From an uncultured Chloroflexia bacterium (lineage in GTDB: Bacteria > Chloroflexota > Limnocylindria > QHBO01), in assembly GCA_963787025.1 (NCBI GenBank), contig CAWBBG010000002.1:14444-78443 (forward strand): a stretch of DNA of 64,000 nucleotides. Reading direction: 5' to 3'. The position numbers and the translations under genes are program-made. Under the pieces are notes generated by a model. It made no database searches and had not been told where the DNA came from. It saw only the letters and a list, made by a program, of their open reading frames with translations. Shown here in pieces: positions 18,468-28,483 of this stretch (position 1 is the stretch's first letter; the number at the start of each line of letters is the position of its first letter).

Positions 18468-21141
18468 CTACAGGGGACCGAAGCGGCGGCGAACCAGGCG
18501 CGTCACGGCCAGGGCGGCGGGCAGACCGACCAGTGCGCCACCGACGATGATCGCCCAGGCGCCGGTCCCGAGCGGAACGGCGTCGAAGAGCGTCCCCAGC
18601 GGCGAGTAGAGCAGCGCGAGCTGGAGGACCAGGCTCACGGCGACGGCGAGGACCAGCCAGCGGTTGCCCAGCAGCGGTGAGTGCTCGTGGAGGCGGATCA
18701 CGACCAGCCGGAGGTACTCCTGGGCGACCAGGGCGGTGAAGGTCATGGTCCGCGCCGTCTCGAGGTCGAAGAGGGCCATCCCGAGGGCAAAGGTGGCCAG
18801 CACGATGGCAGAGATGACGAGCCCCACACCGACCACCAGGGCCAGCATGGCGCGGCCGATGATGGGGCCGCGACGCGGCGGCTGCTCCATGAGACCCGGC
18901 GCTGCGGGGTCCACGGCGAGCGCCACGCGCCGGCCCGCTGTCGGTCGCGAGGTTCACCCACAGGATCTGGACCGCCGTGATGGGCAGGAGGCCGAACAGC
19001 GAGGCGACCAGGATGACCAGCACCTCGGCGACGTTGCCGCTGAGCAGGTAGTTGAGGAACTTGCGGATGTTCGCGGATATCCGGCGTCCCTCCTCGATGG
19101 CCGCCACGATGGTGGCGAAGTTGTCGTCCAGAAGGACCATGTCGGACGCATCGCGGGCGACGTCGGTGCCCCGCACGCCCATGGCGATCCCGACATCGGC
19201 CCCCTTCAGTGCCGGGGCGTCGTTGACGCCGTCACCGGTCATGATCACGACGTGGCCCCGCTCCCGGAACGCGTTGAGGATGCGCAGCTTGTGGGCGGGC
19301 TCGACCCGGGCGAAGATGCCGCTCTCCTCGACGATCTCGTCATCGTCGAGCGTGTCGAGGTGGCGTCCCTCGATCGTCCGTCCGTGCAGGCCGATCTCTT
19401 CGCCGACCGCTGCCGCGGTGCGCGCGTTGTCCCCGGTGATCATCACCACCCGGATTCCGGCGGCGGCGGTGGCGCGGAGTGCCGGGCCCGCGGCCTCCCG
19501 CGGTGGATCGGCGAGGGCGGCCAGCCCGTAGAAGACGAGGTCGGTCTCGATCGCCTCCCGGTCGGTGGGTGCGCCGCTGCGTCCCGCGAGCGCCAGCACG
19601 CGGAACGCCTGCCCGGTGAGATGCTCCTGGACGGCCGCGATCGTGTCCCGGTCCTCGGCCGTCATCGGCCGTGGAGCGCCGTCGTGGAGGATGCGCGTGC
19701 ATCGCTCCAGCAGGACTTCTGGCGCGCCCTTGGCGAACACCCGGGTCGTTCCATCGTCGCCCTCGACCACCACGCTCATGCGCTTGCGCTCCGACGAGAA
19801 CGGGATCTCCTCGATGCGCTCCCAGCCGGCGAGATCGGTCCCCGCCGCGAGCGCACCCCGCAGCAGAGCGACCTCGGTGGGGTCGCCCAGGAACGTGCCT
19901 TCGTCGCGTCGGTGCGCGTTGTTGCACACGCCGGCGGCGAGCAGGGCGAAGCTGTCACGCATCGTCGTCGGCACGCCGTCGACCGAGAAGGCGGGTGACG
20001 TCGGGTCGCCGCCGACATCGATCCAGGCCCCATTCGCATACAGGCGCCGGAGGCTCATCCGTCCTTCGGTGACGGTGCCGGTCTTGTCCGTGCACACGAC
20101 ATCGGCTCCGCCCACGATCTCGACCACGGGCAGCGACCGCACCAGGGCGTGGCGGTCGAGCATCCGTCGCGTGCCGAACGCGAGGGCCAGGGTCATCACC
20201 ACAGGCAGCCCCTCGGGGATCGCCGCGACCGCGAGGGCGACGGCGGCCACGAACGTCTCGAGCGGCCCGAGGCCGCCCACGGTGAGCTGCAGCCCGGCGA
20301 TGACGACGATGAGCGCGCCGATGATGGCGGTGATCCGGCGGCCCAGGATGCCCACCTCGCGCTGGAAGGGCGTTGGCCCCTCGTGGATGGCCTGGACCGC
20401 GCGGGCGATGGCACCGACCTCGGTCGCCATCCCGATACGGGTCACGACGGCGCGACCGCGCCCGGCGACCACGGCGGTGCCCAGGTAGACCATGTCGGTT
20501 CGCTCGGCCAGTGGCGTCGACGCCGGTACCGGCGCGACGGACTTCTCGACGGCCGCGCTCTCGCCGGTCAGCGACGACTCGTCGACTCGCAGGTCGTGGA
20601 CGCGGACCAGGCGTCCATCGGCCGGGATCCGGTCGCCCTCCTCGAGGAGCACGATGTCACCGGGGACGACCGCGGTCGCGCTCAGGATGCCCGGTGATCC
20701 GTCCCGCAGGATACGCACCTCGGGCACCTCGAGACGGCGAAGCGCCTCGATGCCGCGCTGGGCGCGGAAATTCTGGACGAAGCCCAGCGCACCATTCAGC
20801 ACCACGATGGCCAGGATCAGGATCGCGTCGCCCCAGCTCTCCTGCTCCGGTTCGAGGATGCTCGTGAGGGCGAGCACCGCTACCGCGCCGATGAGGATCA
20901 GGACCAGCGGGTTGCGCACCTCGTCGACGAGGAGGTGCCAGGCGGGGATTCCCGGCTCCTCCCGCAGGCTATTCGGGCCATACCGGTCGTGACGCTGTCG
21001 GGCCTCGTCGGTGGACAGCCCCCCGGAGGTGCTGCCGAGTCCCGAGATGACCGCATCGTAGGGTTGCGCGTGGGGTTGCGCGTGCCCCGGCAGCTCCGTG
21101 TGCTGCGCCTGGCGGTCATCGCTGGGCATCGCGTTGGCCAT
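18468..21141 (-). pseudogene. Cation-transporting P-type ATPase (type II-like), one 1-nt insertion near 18926
   Basis: Motifs DKTGTVTEG, MITGDN and GDGVNDAPALK. After ..ILWVNLATD.GPA the frame is lost and resumes in ORF 18468..18926 as LALAVDPAAPGLMEQPPRRG plus the last four TM helices. Confidence 0.85.
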
Positions 21142-21355
21142 GCCCCGACGCTACGGGGGACCGCCGTGGGCCGACAGGGCCGAATGGGCCGACCGGACAG
21201 GAGGCAGCGCCGAATCGCCGGAACCTTTCGACTGGAGCAGCGCGGCTCACGGTTGCGGCTGCTGCGCGTTCGGACCCTTTGCGGTGCGCGCTGGTGGGGG
21301 TAGGATGCGCGCCAAGCCGGCGGACACGCCGCCGTGGCGCAGGAGGAGACGACGC

Positions 21356-21778
21356 GTGGATCTCGTACCGACCCTGGCCAGCGTACCCCTGCTGGCGAGT
21401 CTCGATCGGAAGACGCTCGAGCGGCTGGCGGAGCACGCGAAGCGGCGAAGCTACGCGGCCGGCGAGGCGATCGTCACGCAGGATGCCCCTGCATCCGCGC
21501 TCTACGTCATCCTGAGCGGACGCGTCACCGTGGAGCGCGGCGAGGACGGGTCAGCGGAGCAGGTCGGCGAGCTGGGAGCCGGAGAGTTCTTCGGCGAGCT
21601 CGCGCTGATCGAGGAGCATCCGCGCACCGCCACGGTTCGAGCCAACGAACCCACCGAGTGCATCCTCTTCGTGGCCTGGGAGTTCACGGCGCTCCTCAAG
21701 GAGCAGCCCAAGATCGCGATCCCGATCATGGAGGCGCTCATCGCCCGTATGCACCGCCGGGAGCACCACCTGCGCTAG
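21356..21778 (+). CDS. Cyclic-nucleotide-binding domain protein
   Basis: GTG at 21356 lies 8 nt after AGGAGGAG. cNMP-binding signature ..GAGEFFGELALIEEHPRTATVRA.. An in-frame ATG at 21305 is an alternative start. Confidence 0.8.
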   Translation: MDLVPTLASVPLLASLDRKTLERLAEHAKRRSYAAGEAIVTQDAPASALYVILSGRVTVERGEDGSAEQVGELGAGEFFGELALIEEHPRTATVRANEPTECILFVAWEFTALLKEQPKIAIPIMEALIARMHRREHHLR

Positions 21779-22377
21779 GGTTGCAGGCGCCGACGCCGCC
21801 ACCCGCCGCCGGCGTGGCGCAGGTACTCGACCCGGTCATGGAGCCGATTCTCGCGGCTCTCCCAGAACTCGTAGGCCTCCGGCACCAGGCGGTAGCCGCC
21901 CCAGAAGGGTGGCAGCGGGACGTCATCGGTCGGAAACCGGGTCTCCATCTCGGCGTACCGTGCCTCCATGGCCTCCCTTGATTCAATGACCGCACCCTGC
22001 ACGGAGGCCCAGGCGGCCAGCCGGCTGCCGCGCGGTCGTCCGGACCAGTACGGGTGCGACTCCTCGTTGGTGAGAGCCTCGACCGTCCCGGCCACCCGGA
22101 CCTGCCGGTCGAGCGTGGGCCAGTGGAACACCGCGGCGGCGCGGGCATTGGCGGCGAGGTCGCGGCCCTTCCGGCTGCCGTGGTTGGTGTAGAAGCAGAG
22201 CCCCTTGGGCTCCAGGCCGCGCAGGAGCACCATGCGGACTGATGGCGCACCGTCGGCTCCGGCCGTGGCCAGCGCCATGGCGTGGGGCATAGCCTCGCCG
22301 GCGGCTGACGCCTCGTCGAGCCAGGCACGGAGTTGGCGCAGCGGATCGGCATCCAGCGAGGCCGGGTCGACGGACAT
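21775..22377 (-). CDS. pdxH: Pyridoxamine 5'-phosphate oxidase
   Basis: PdxH-like along the full length (..SVRMVLLRGL..FYTNHGSRKG..EFWESRENRLHDR..). The start overlaps the upstream stop (ATGA). Confidence 0.9.
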   Translation of the reverse strand: MSVDPASLDADPLRQLRAWLDEASAAGEAMPHAMALATAGADGAPSVRMVLLRGLEPKGLCFYTNHGSRKGRDLAANARAAAVFHWPTLDRQVRVAGTVEALTNEESHPYWSGRPRGSRLAAWASVQGAVIESREAMEARYAEMETRFPTDDVPLPPFWGGYRLVPEAYEFWESRENRLHDRVEYLRHAGGGWRRRRLQP

Positions 22378-23609
22378 CAGGAGCCCGTCGTGGCGCCGTC
22401 ATGGGTGGCGGCGACGATGGCAGGCAGGAGCTCGGCCAGGTGCGCCATGTCGTGGGTGTCGTTGTAGGCCGCGGCACTGACCCGCACCAGGCGTCGCCAG
22501 GGACCGCCGTCGGGACGCTGCGGCCAGGGCGTGACCATGACCTGGATGCCGGCCTCGAGGAGGGCCGCGTGCACCGGGTCCGCATACAGGTCCACGCCCT
22601 GTACCGCGGCCGGCGCGGTCACGAGGGGCAGCGGAATCGAGGCCATCGAACCGATCATGGTGTCCGGCGCCGGCGTCGGCACGTCGAGCACGCGGCAGAT
22701 CCGGTCGCGCCCGTCGATCGCCAGCCGGTGGTTGCGCTCCTGCAGTGCCGACCAGCCCCCCGGGAGCAGCCCCGCCCCGAAGCGCAGCGCATCCGGCACG
22801 GCGAGGAAGGGAGTGGGATCCCCGGTGCCGGTCCAGTCGAACTCCAGGCGGAACCGGCTGCGGTCGGTCCGTGGCGAGTTTGCGCCGTGGCTGATCACCA
22901 GCGGCCGGACCCCCGCCTGGCGATCGGATCGCACCCACAGGAAGGCGGCTCCTTTCGGAGCGCAGACCCACTTGTGCAGGTTGCCGGTGTAGTAGGCCAC
23001 CCCGAGCTGTTCGACCGAGAACGGCAGCATCCCCGGCCCGTGCGCGCCGTCCACGAGGGTGTCGATGCCCCGCGCCGCCATTTCGGCCGCGATGCGCTCG
23101 ACGGGAAGGGCCAGGGCGGTCGCGCTGGTGACGTGGTCGACGACCACCAGCCGCGTCCGTGGCGTGACGCGCTCGAGCATGGCCGACACCACCGCGTCGG
23201 GGTCCACACCGGGGAACGGGAGAAGCGCGGTGACCACGCGGGCGCCGCTGTCGGCGGCCAGCGCTTCCATCGCGTTGCGGACCGCGTTGTACTCGTGGTC
23301 GGTCGTGAGGAGCTCGTCCCCCGGCGCGAGGCGCAGGGAGCGCAGGACCGTGTTCGCCCCGGTCGTCGCGTTTGGGACGAACGCGACGGCATCGGGGTCC
23401 GCGCCCATGAACCCGGCGAGGACGGTTCGGGCCTCGTCCATGGCGGTCTCGAGGTCGCGCGCATAGAAGCGCACCGGCTCGGCTTCGATGCGCGCCCGCC
23501 AGGCCTGCTGGGCGGCCAGCACCACTCGGGGCGTGGCGCCGAACGATCCGTGGTTGAGGAATGTCACCGCGGGATCGAGGGTCCAGTGCGAGGCGAACGG
23601 CGACGGCAT
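22377..23609 (-). CDS. Class V aminotransferase-fold PLP enzyme (epimerase or desulfurase-like)
   Basis: ATG at 23609. Contains FLNHGSFGATP, ..DHEYNAV.. and ..TGNLHKW. (PLP lysine context). Confidence 0.8.
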   Translation of the reverse strand: MPSPFASHWTLDPAVTFLNHGSFGATPRVVLAAQQAWRARIEAEPVRFYARDLETAMDEARTVLAGFMGADPDAVAFVPNATTGANTVLRSLRLAPGDELLTTDHEYNAVRNAMEALAADSGARVVTALLPFPGVDPDAVVSAMLERVTPRTRLVVVDHVTSATALALPVERIAAEMAARGIDTLVDGAHGPGMLPFSVEQLGVAYYTGNLHKWVCAPKGAAFLWVRSDRQAGVRPLVISHGANSPRTDRSRFRLEFDWTGTGDPTPFLAVPDALRFGAGLLPGGWSALQERNHRLAIDGRDRICRVLDVPTPAPDTMIGSMASIPLPLVTAPAAVQGVDLYADPVHAALLEAGIQVMVTPWPQRPDGGPWRRLVRVSAAAYNDTHDMAHLAELLPAIVAATHDGATTGS

Positions 23610-23670
23610 GGGCCGGTATCGTAGTCCGATGCGCCGTCGTTCCGCCGCCCGCGACCAAACCCTCGGCTCG

Positions 23671-24339
23671 ATGCCGGAGGCGGTGGTCTTCGACCTGGAC
23701 GGGACGCTGGTCGACACCGTCGGACGCCGGATCGAGGCCTGGCTGGCGGTCTTCGCCGAAGAGGGGATCCCGGCGACCGGCGACCGGGTGGCGCGCCTCA
23801 TCGGCTCGGATGGCCGCTGGATGGCACGACTGGTGGGATCGGAATCGGGGATCACCATCGACGACGCGCGAGCGGAGCGGATCGATGTCCGCTCGGGGGA
23901 GATCTACGGCGCGCTGAACGTCGATCCGCTGCCGTTGCCTGGCGCCCGCGAGGCGACCCAGCTCCTGGATCGAGCCGGGATCCCGTGGGCCATTGGGACC
24001 TCCAGCCGGCGTGAGCAGGTCGCTGCATCCGTCGCCGCCCTGCGCCTGCCACGGGAGCCGATCGTGGTCGATGGTACGCACGTGGCACACGCGAAGCCCG
24101 CGCCGGACCTGCTTCTCCGCGCCGCGCAGGAGCTCGCCGTCCCGGCAGATCGTGCGTGGTACGTCGGCGACTCCACCTTCGACATGGAGGCCGCGGTCGC
24201 GGCGGGCATGCGCCCCATCGGAGTGACGACCGGTGCCTCGGATGCGGCGACCCTGCGTAACGCAGGCGCTGTGGAGGTGCTGGCGACCCTGGAGCGCTTC
24301 GGGGCGCGCCTCGAACCAGAGGCCGGGAGACCCGCCTAG
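23671..24339 (+). CDS. HAD-superfamily hydrolase (phosphatase-like)
   Basis: Motif I VVFDLDGTLVDT, motif II GTSS, motif IV VGDSTFDMEAA. Alternative in-frame starts at 23629 and 23608. Confidence 0.8.
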   Translation: MPEAVVFDLDGTLVDTVGRRIEAWLAVFAEEGIPATGDRVARLIGSDGRWMARLVGSESGITIDDARAERIDVRSGEIYGALNVDPLPLPGAREATQLLDRAGIPWAIGTSSRREQVAASVAALRLPREPIVVDGTHVAHAKPAPDLLLRAAQELAVPADRAWYVGDSTFDMEAAVAAGMRPIGVTTGASDAATLRNAGAVEVLATLERFGARLEPEAGRPA

Positions 24340-25367
24340 GCGGTGGTCGTCACGTCGCCGCTGGAGGGGTTCACCGTGATGGGGATCGCTGTCAGGGGAC
24401 GGTTCGTGGGCCCGCCCAGGACCTGCGCGTTGTGCGCCGGATCGAACTCCGCGCCATGGCACGGGCACCACATGATAGCGCTGCCGGGGTCGTACGCGAC
24501 CGTACAGCCGGCGTGAGTGCAGACGGCGTCGTAGGCCACCACCGATCCGGACGGCAGCTTGATGACCAGGACGGGGTCGCCCGTCGCGGGGTCGTAGGTG
24601 GTTACCGATTTGGCCGATGCCAGCTGGTTCCCGCTCGCCAGGAGCGTCCCGGTCGCGGCGGGCGCCGCCGTGGGCGCCGCCGTCGACGACGTTGCACCAC
24701 CGCCCGCTGCCGTACCCCCTACGGGGGGCGGTTTGGCGGTGGCCAGCGCGGACCTGTCGTCCCCGGTGCTCCTCCCCTCGGTCATGGCGGCGATGCGGCC
24801 GACCAGCAGGGATGGCCCGGCGATGAGGAGCGTGGCTGCGCCCAGCCCCATCATCTGCAGGAAGCGCCGCCGCTCTTCCGAGATGGGTGCGGCGATCATC
24901 GAGCGGCGGTCGAACCCCGGGCGCCGTCGTGGCTGCTCTCGCGACTCGAACCAGGCGGGGAGGGTCCAGGCACCGCCGGTGCCCGCCAGGGCAAGGGTCA
25001 GCCATCCCGCGGCATACGGCAGGTCGGGCCCGTAGAAGTAGGGTGTGGTGGACCACGAGGCGGTGAGCCAGAAGAGGATCGAGACGGTGGCACCCAGTGC
25101 GGCGCTGGGCCGGAAGAGCCAGCCGGCCAGGGCTCCGAGGCCGATGGCGATCTCCAGCACGGCAATGGTCGCGCCGATCAGGACCGGTGCCTGGAGGGCG
25201 ATACCGTGGATCAGGAAGGACAGGGGCGAGTTGCGGGCGAATGCCTGCAGTTGATCGCCGATGGAGCCTGCGCCGGTCGCGGCCAGGAACGCTGGATCCA
25301 TGAGCTTGACGAGGCCCGCGTACAGGAAGGTACCGCCCAGGAAGATGCGCAGCGGGATGAGCGCCAT
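24336..25367 (-). CDS. DoxX-like membrane domain fused to a Tat-anchored Rieske [2Fe-2S] domain
   Basis: N-terminal 4-TM DoxX-like region (LRIFLGGTFLYAGLVKL), a mid-protein ERRRFLQMMGLGAATLL twin-arginine motif, and C-terminal CTHAGC..(16)..CPCHG. A TTG at 25430 is an alternative start. Confidence 0.75.
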   Translation of the reverse strand: MALIPLRIFLGGTFLYAGLVKLMDPAFLAATGAGSIGDQLQAFARNSPLSFLIHGIALQAPVLIGATIAVLEIAIGLGALAGWLFRPSAALGATVSILFWLTASWSTTPYFYGPDLPYAAGWLTLALAGTGGAWTLPAWFESREQPRRRPGFDRRSMIAAPISEERRRFLQMMGLGAATLLIAGPSLLVGRIAAMTEGRSTGDDRSALATAKPPPVGGTAAGGGATSSTAAPTAAPAATGTLLASGNQLASAKSVTTYDPATGDPVLVIKLPSGSVVAYDAVCTHAGCTVAYDPGSAIMWCPCHGAEFDPAHNAQVLGGPTNRPLTAIPITVNPSSGDVTTTA

Positions 25368-25563
25368 CGTGGCGATGGTGCCATCTGTCACGTTGCGTTG
25401 CTCTGCGCGGTTGGGGCGTCGGGCCGTCAAGGCACCGCCTCGCTGTGGGTTCCGGTTCTCAGCCTGCTTGGCCGACGTTGCGTCTGGAGAACCGGTGCGG
25501 TTAATGATTCGAAACGCGGCCGGAGATCGTTGCGCCGCGAATCAAGCCCGCTACCATCCGTAC

Positions 25564-28246
25564 ATGCCCCTCGATCGCTACCGCCGCAAGCGGGACTTCA
25601 CCCGCACTCCGGAGCCGTCACCGGGCCCGCTCAATGAGACCAGCGGCCGGTTCGTGGTGCATCGACATCGGGCAAGCCGGCTCCACTACGACCTGCGGCT
25701 GGAGATGGGCGGGGTGCTCGCCAGCTGGGCGGTGCCGCGTGGGCCGACGCTCGATCCGGACCGGCGGCGCCTGGCGCAGCACACCGAGGACCACCCGATC
25801 GAGTACCTCGCATTCGAGGGCGTCATCCCGGCCGGGCAGTACGGGGCGGGCGAGATGATCGTCTGGGACTGGGGCACCTACGAACCGGAGGAGACGGAGG
25901 ATCCGCGCGCGGCGGTGGCGGCCGGAGAGCTGAAGTTCGTCCTTCATGGAGAGAAGCTGCGTGGCCGGTTCACGCTGGTGCACACCGGTGGACGACGGAA
26001 CGCGGCCGGCCGAGCGTCGGACCCCGATGCCTGGCTCCTCCTGCACAAACGCGACGAGCACGCGCGGTCGGGCTGGGACCCGGAACAGCATCCGCAAAGT
26101 GTCCGCAGCGGTCGCACCAACGACGAGCTGGCGGCTGGCCTGGCAGCGCGCTTCGATGCCGACCCGCCTGCCGCCCCGCTGGCGCTCGACCTGACCGGTG
26201 CCCGCGAGGCGCCGATGCCCGACTTCGTGGCGCCCATGCTCGCGATGCCGGTTGACGCGGCGTTCACCGCACCCGATTGGCTCTTCGAGGTGAAGTGGGA
26301 CGGATACCGGGTGGAGGCAGTGGTCCGCGACGGACAGGCTCGGCTATGGACGCGCAACCACAAGGACGCCGCGCTGCTATTTCCCCGACCTGGCGGGTGC
26401 CGCGGATTGGATCGCCGCGCGTGAGGCCATCGTGGACGGCGAGGTCGTCGCCCTCGATCCGCGAGGAAGGCCCTCTTTCAGCGCTCCTCCAGGAGCGGAC
26501 CGGCATGCAGGGCCTGGGGGCGGCCGCCGGCGGAGTCCTCGCGCGCGGTGCGCCGCGTCCGACGCCGAGGAGCGGGCCGCGATTCCGCTCGTGTACTGGG
26601 TCTTCGACCTGCTCTACCTGGACGGGCGATCGCTCCTGGCGGTGCCGCTGCGGGCAGCGCAAGGCGCTGCTCCGGCGCCTGCTCCGCCACCCGCTGGTGC
26701 ACTACGCCGAGCACCTCGACGCCGATGGCGAGGCCTTCCTCAGGCGGCGCGCGAGCAGGAGCTGGAGGGGGTCGTCGCCAAGCGTCGCGACGCGGCGTAC
26801 GAGCCGGGGAAGCGTTCCGGCGCCTGGTTGAAGGTGAAGCTGCGACTGGAGCAGGAGCTGGTGGTTGCGGGCTGGCTGGAAGGGCAGGGCAGCCACGCGG
26901 ACCTCGGCTCGCTGGTCGTGGGTGTCCACGTGGCCGGTCGCCTGCGTCATGCCGGTCAGGTGGGGAGCGGCATCGATGGGCGCCGCCGCCGCGAGCTGCT
27001 GGTGGCACTCCGCGCCATCGAGCGCGCTGACGCGCCGCTCGATCCGGCCCCCGATCTCCCGCGGGTTCACTGGGTCGAGCCGCGGATCGTGATTCGGGCC
27101 GAGTTCGCGGAGTGGACGGCGGACGGGCTGCTGCGCCACGCTTCGTTCAGGGGCATGGCGCCGGACCGCGACCCAGGCGAGGTCGTGCGCGAGTCGTCGC
27201 AGTCGGTACGTCGCGTCCTGGCAAGCGGCCGGCGTCCGCCACCGGCGCGAGTTGCCCGCCGCACGGCCGCACCTGCGAGGGAGGGCGGAACGTTCGAGGG
27301 AGCATCGGCGGCGGAGCTGGCGGCCCTGGAGACGATCGCCGACGGCGAGCGCTGGCTGGTCGGTGGTCACGAGGTGCGTCTCACGAACCTCGGCAAGGTG
27401 ATCATCGAGGGAGACCGTGCCCGGGGCCTCGCGGCCGTCACCAAGCGTGATCTGGTGCGGCACTACTGCACCGCGGCTCCCGTGCTGCTGCCCTACCTCG
27501 CGGGGCGCGGGACGACGGTCCAGCGCTTCCCCGACGGGACGGCCACGGACGGCTTCTGGCAGAAGGACCTGCCAAGACACACGCCGGACTGGGTCGATCG
27601 CTGGACCTTCCAGCATCGGCGTGAAGGCCCCAAGACCTATCCGATCGTCAACAGCATCGCCACCCTGGCATGGCTGGCGCAGGAGGCAGCCGTGGAGCTT
27701 CATCCGTGGACGTCGACCACGGAGCGCCCGGATCAGCCGAGCTATGCGCTCATCGATATCGACCCCGGTGAGGCAACCACCTGGGAGGAGGTGCTTACGC
27801 TGGCGCGCCTGTACCGCACCGCTCTCGAGCACCTCTCGGTGATCGGTGCGCCGAAGGTGACCGGGAAGCGCGGGATCCAGGTCTGGATCCCCATTCGGAC
27901 CGGCTATGGGTTCGACGAAACGCGCGACTGGGTGGAACGGCTCTCGCACGCCGTCGCGGCAACCGTGCCGGACCTCGTGAGCTGGGAGTGGTCGAAGCGG
28001 GCCCGGCGCGGACGCGCCCGGCTGGACTTCACCCAGAATGCCGTCAACCGGACGCTGGTGGCCCCGTACGCGGTACGGCCCATGCCCGGAGCGCCGGTCT
28101 CGGCCCCGATTGCCTGGGACGAGCTCGACGATCCTGCGCTGCGCCCGGATCGATGGACGGTGAGCACCATCGGCGCGCGGATCGCCAGCGTGGGTGATCT
28201 CTTCGCGCCGGTGCTACACCGGAATCAGGATCTGCCGGCGCTGTGA
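25564..28246 (+). pseudogene. ligD: Multidomain ATP-dependent DNA ligase LigD (phosphoesterase-ligase-polymerase), about 5 indels in the ligase domain
   Basis: The PE domain is intact (FVVHRHRASRLHYDLRLE..) and ligase motif I is present (EVKWDGYR). The ligase segments between about 26370 and 26745 alternate among three frames. The Pol/primase domain is intact (..DIDPGE..KVTGKRGIQVW..). Confidence 0.85.
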
Positions 28247-28483
28247 CGCGCCGGGACAGGCTGTCTCGGCGAACTACGCCGGGAAGCCGCTGCCGTTGGT
28301 GACGTGCTGCACGATGGACACTCCTTGGGCACCGCCGGCTCGTTCGGCCGGTCGTTGCATGCACCGTCGCGGGATCGGCCTGCGTGGGCAATGGCTCGTC
28401 CGTACCAGGGACGACGATCAGGGCCGTACTTTCGGGGGAGCCCGTGGTCAAATACCGCTTGCCATCCGGGGTACACTTGCGCA

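Noticed and set aside
22399-25056. 885-aa ORF on the minus strand
   Set aside because: It spans three real genes (the aminotransferase in another frame, the HAD on the other strand, and the Rieske fusion) and has no recognisable domain. It is a typical high-GC shadow ORF.
25564-28246. Programmed ribosomal frameshifting as the explanation for the multi-frame ligD and the permease genes
   Set aside because: There are no slippery heptamers or downstream pseudoknots at the switch points, and the shifts go in both directions, several per gene. This is not compatible with programmed recoding.
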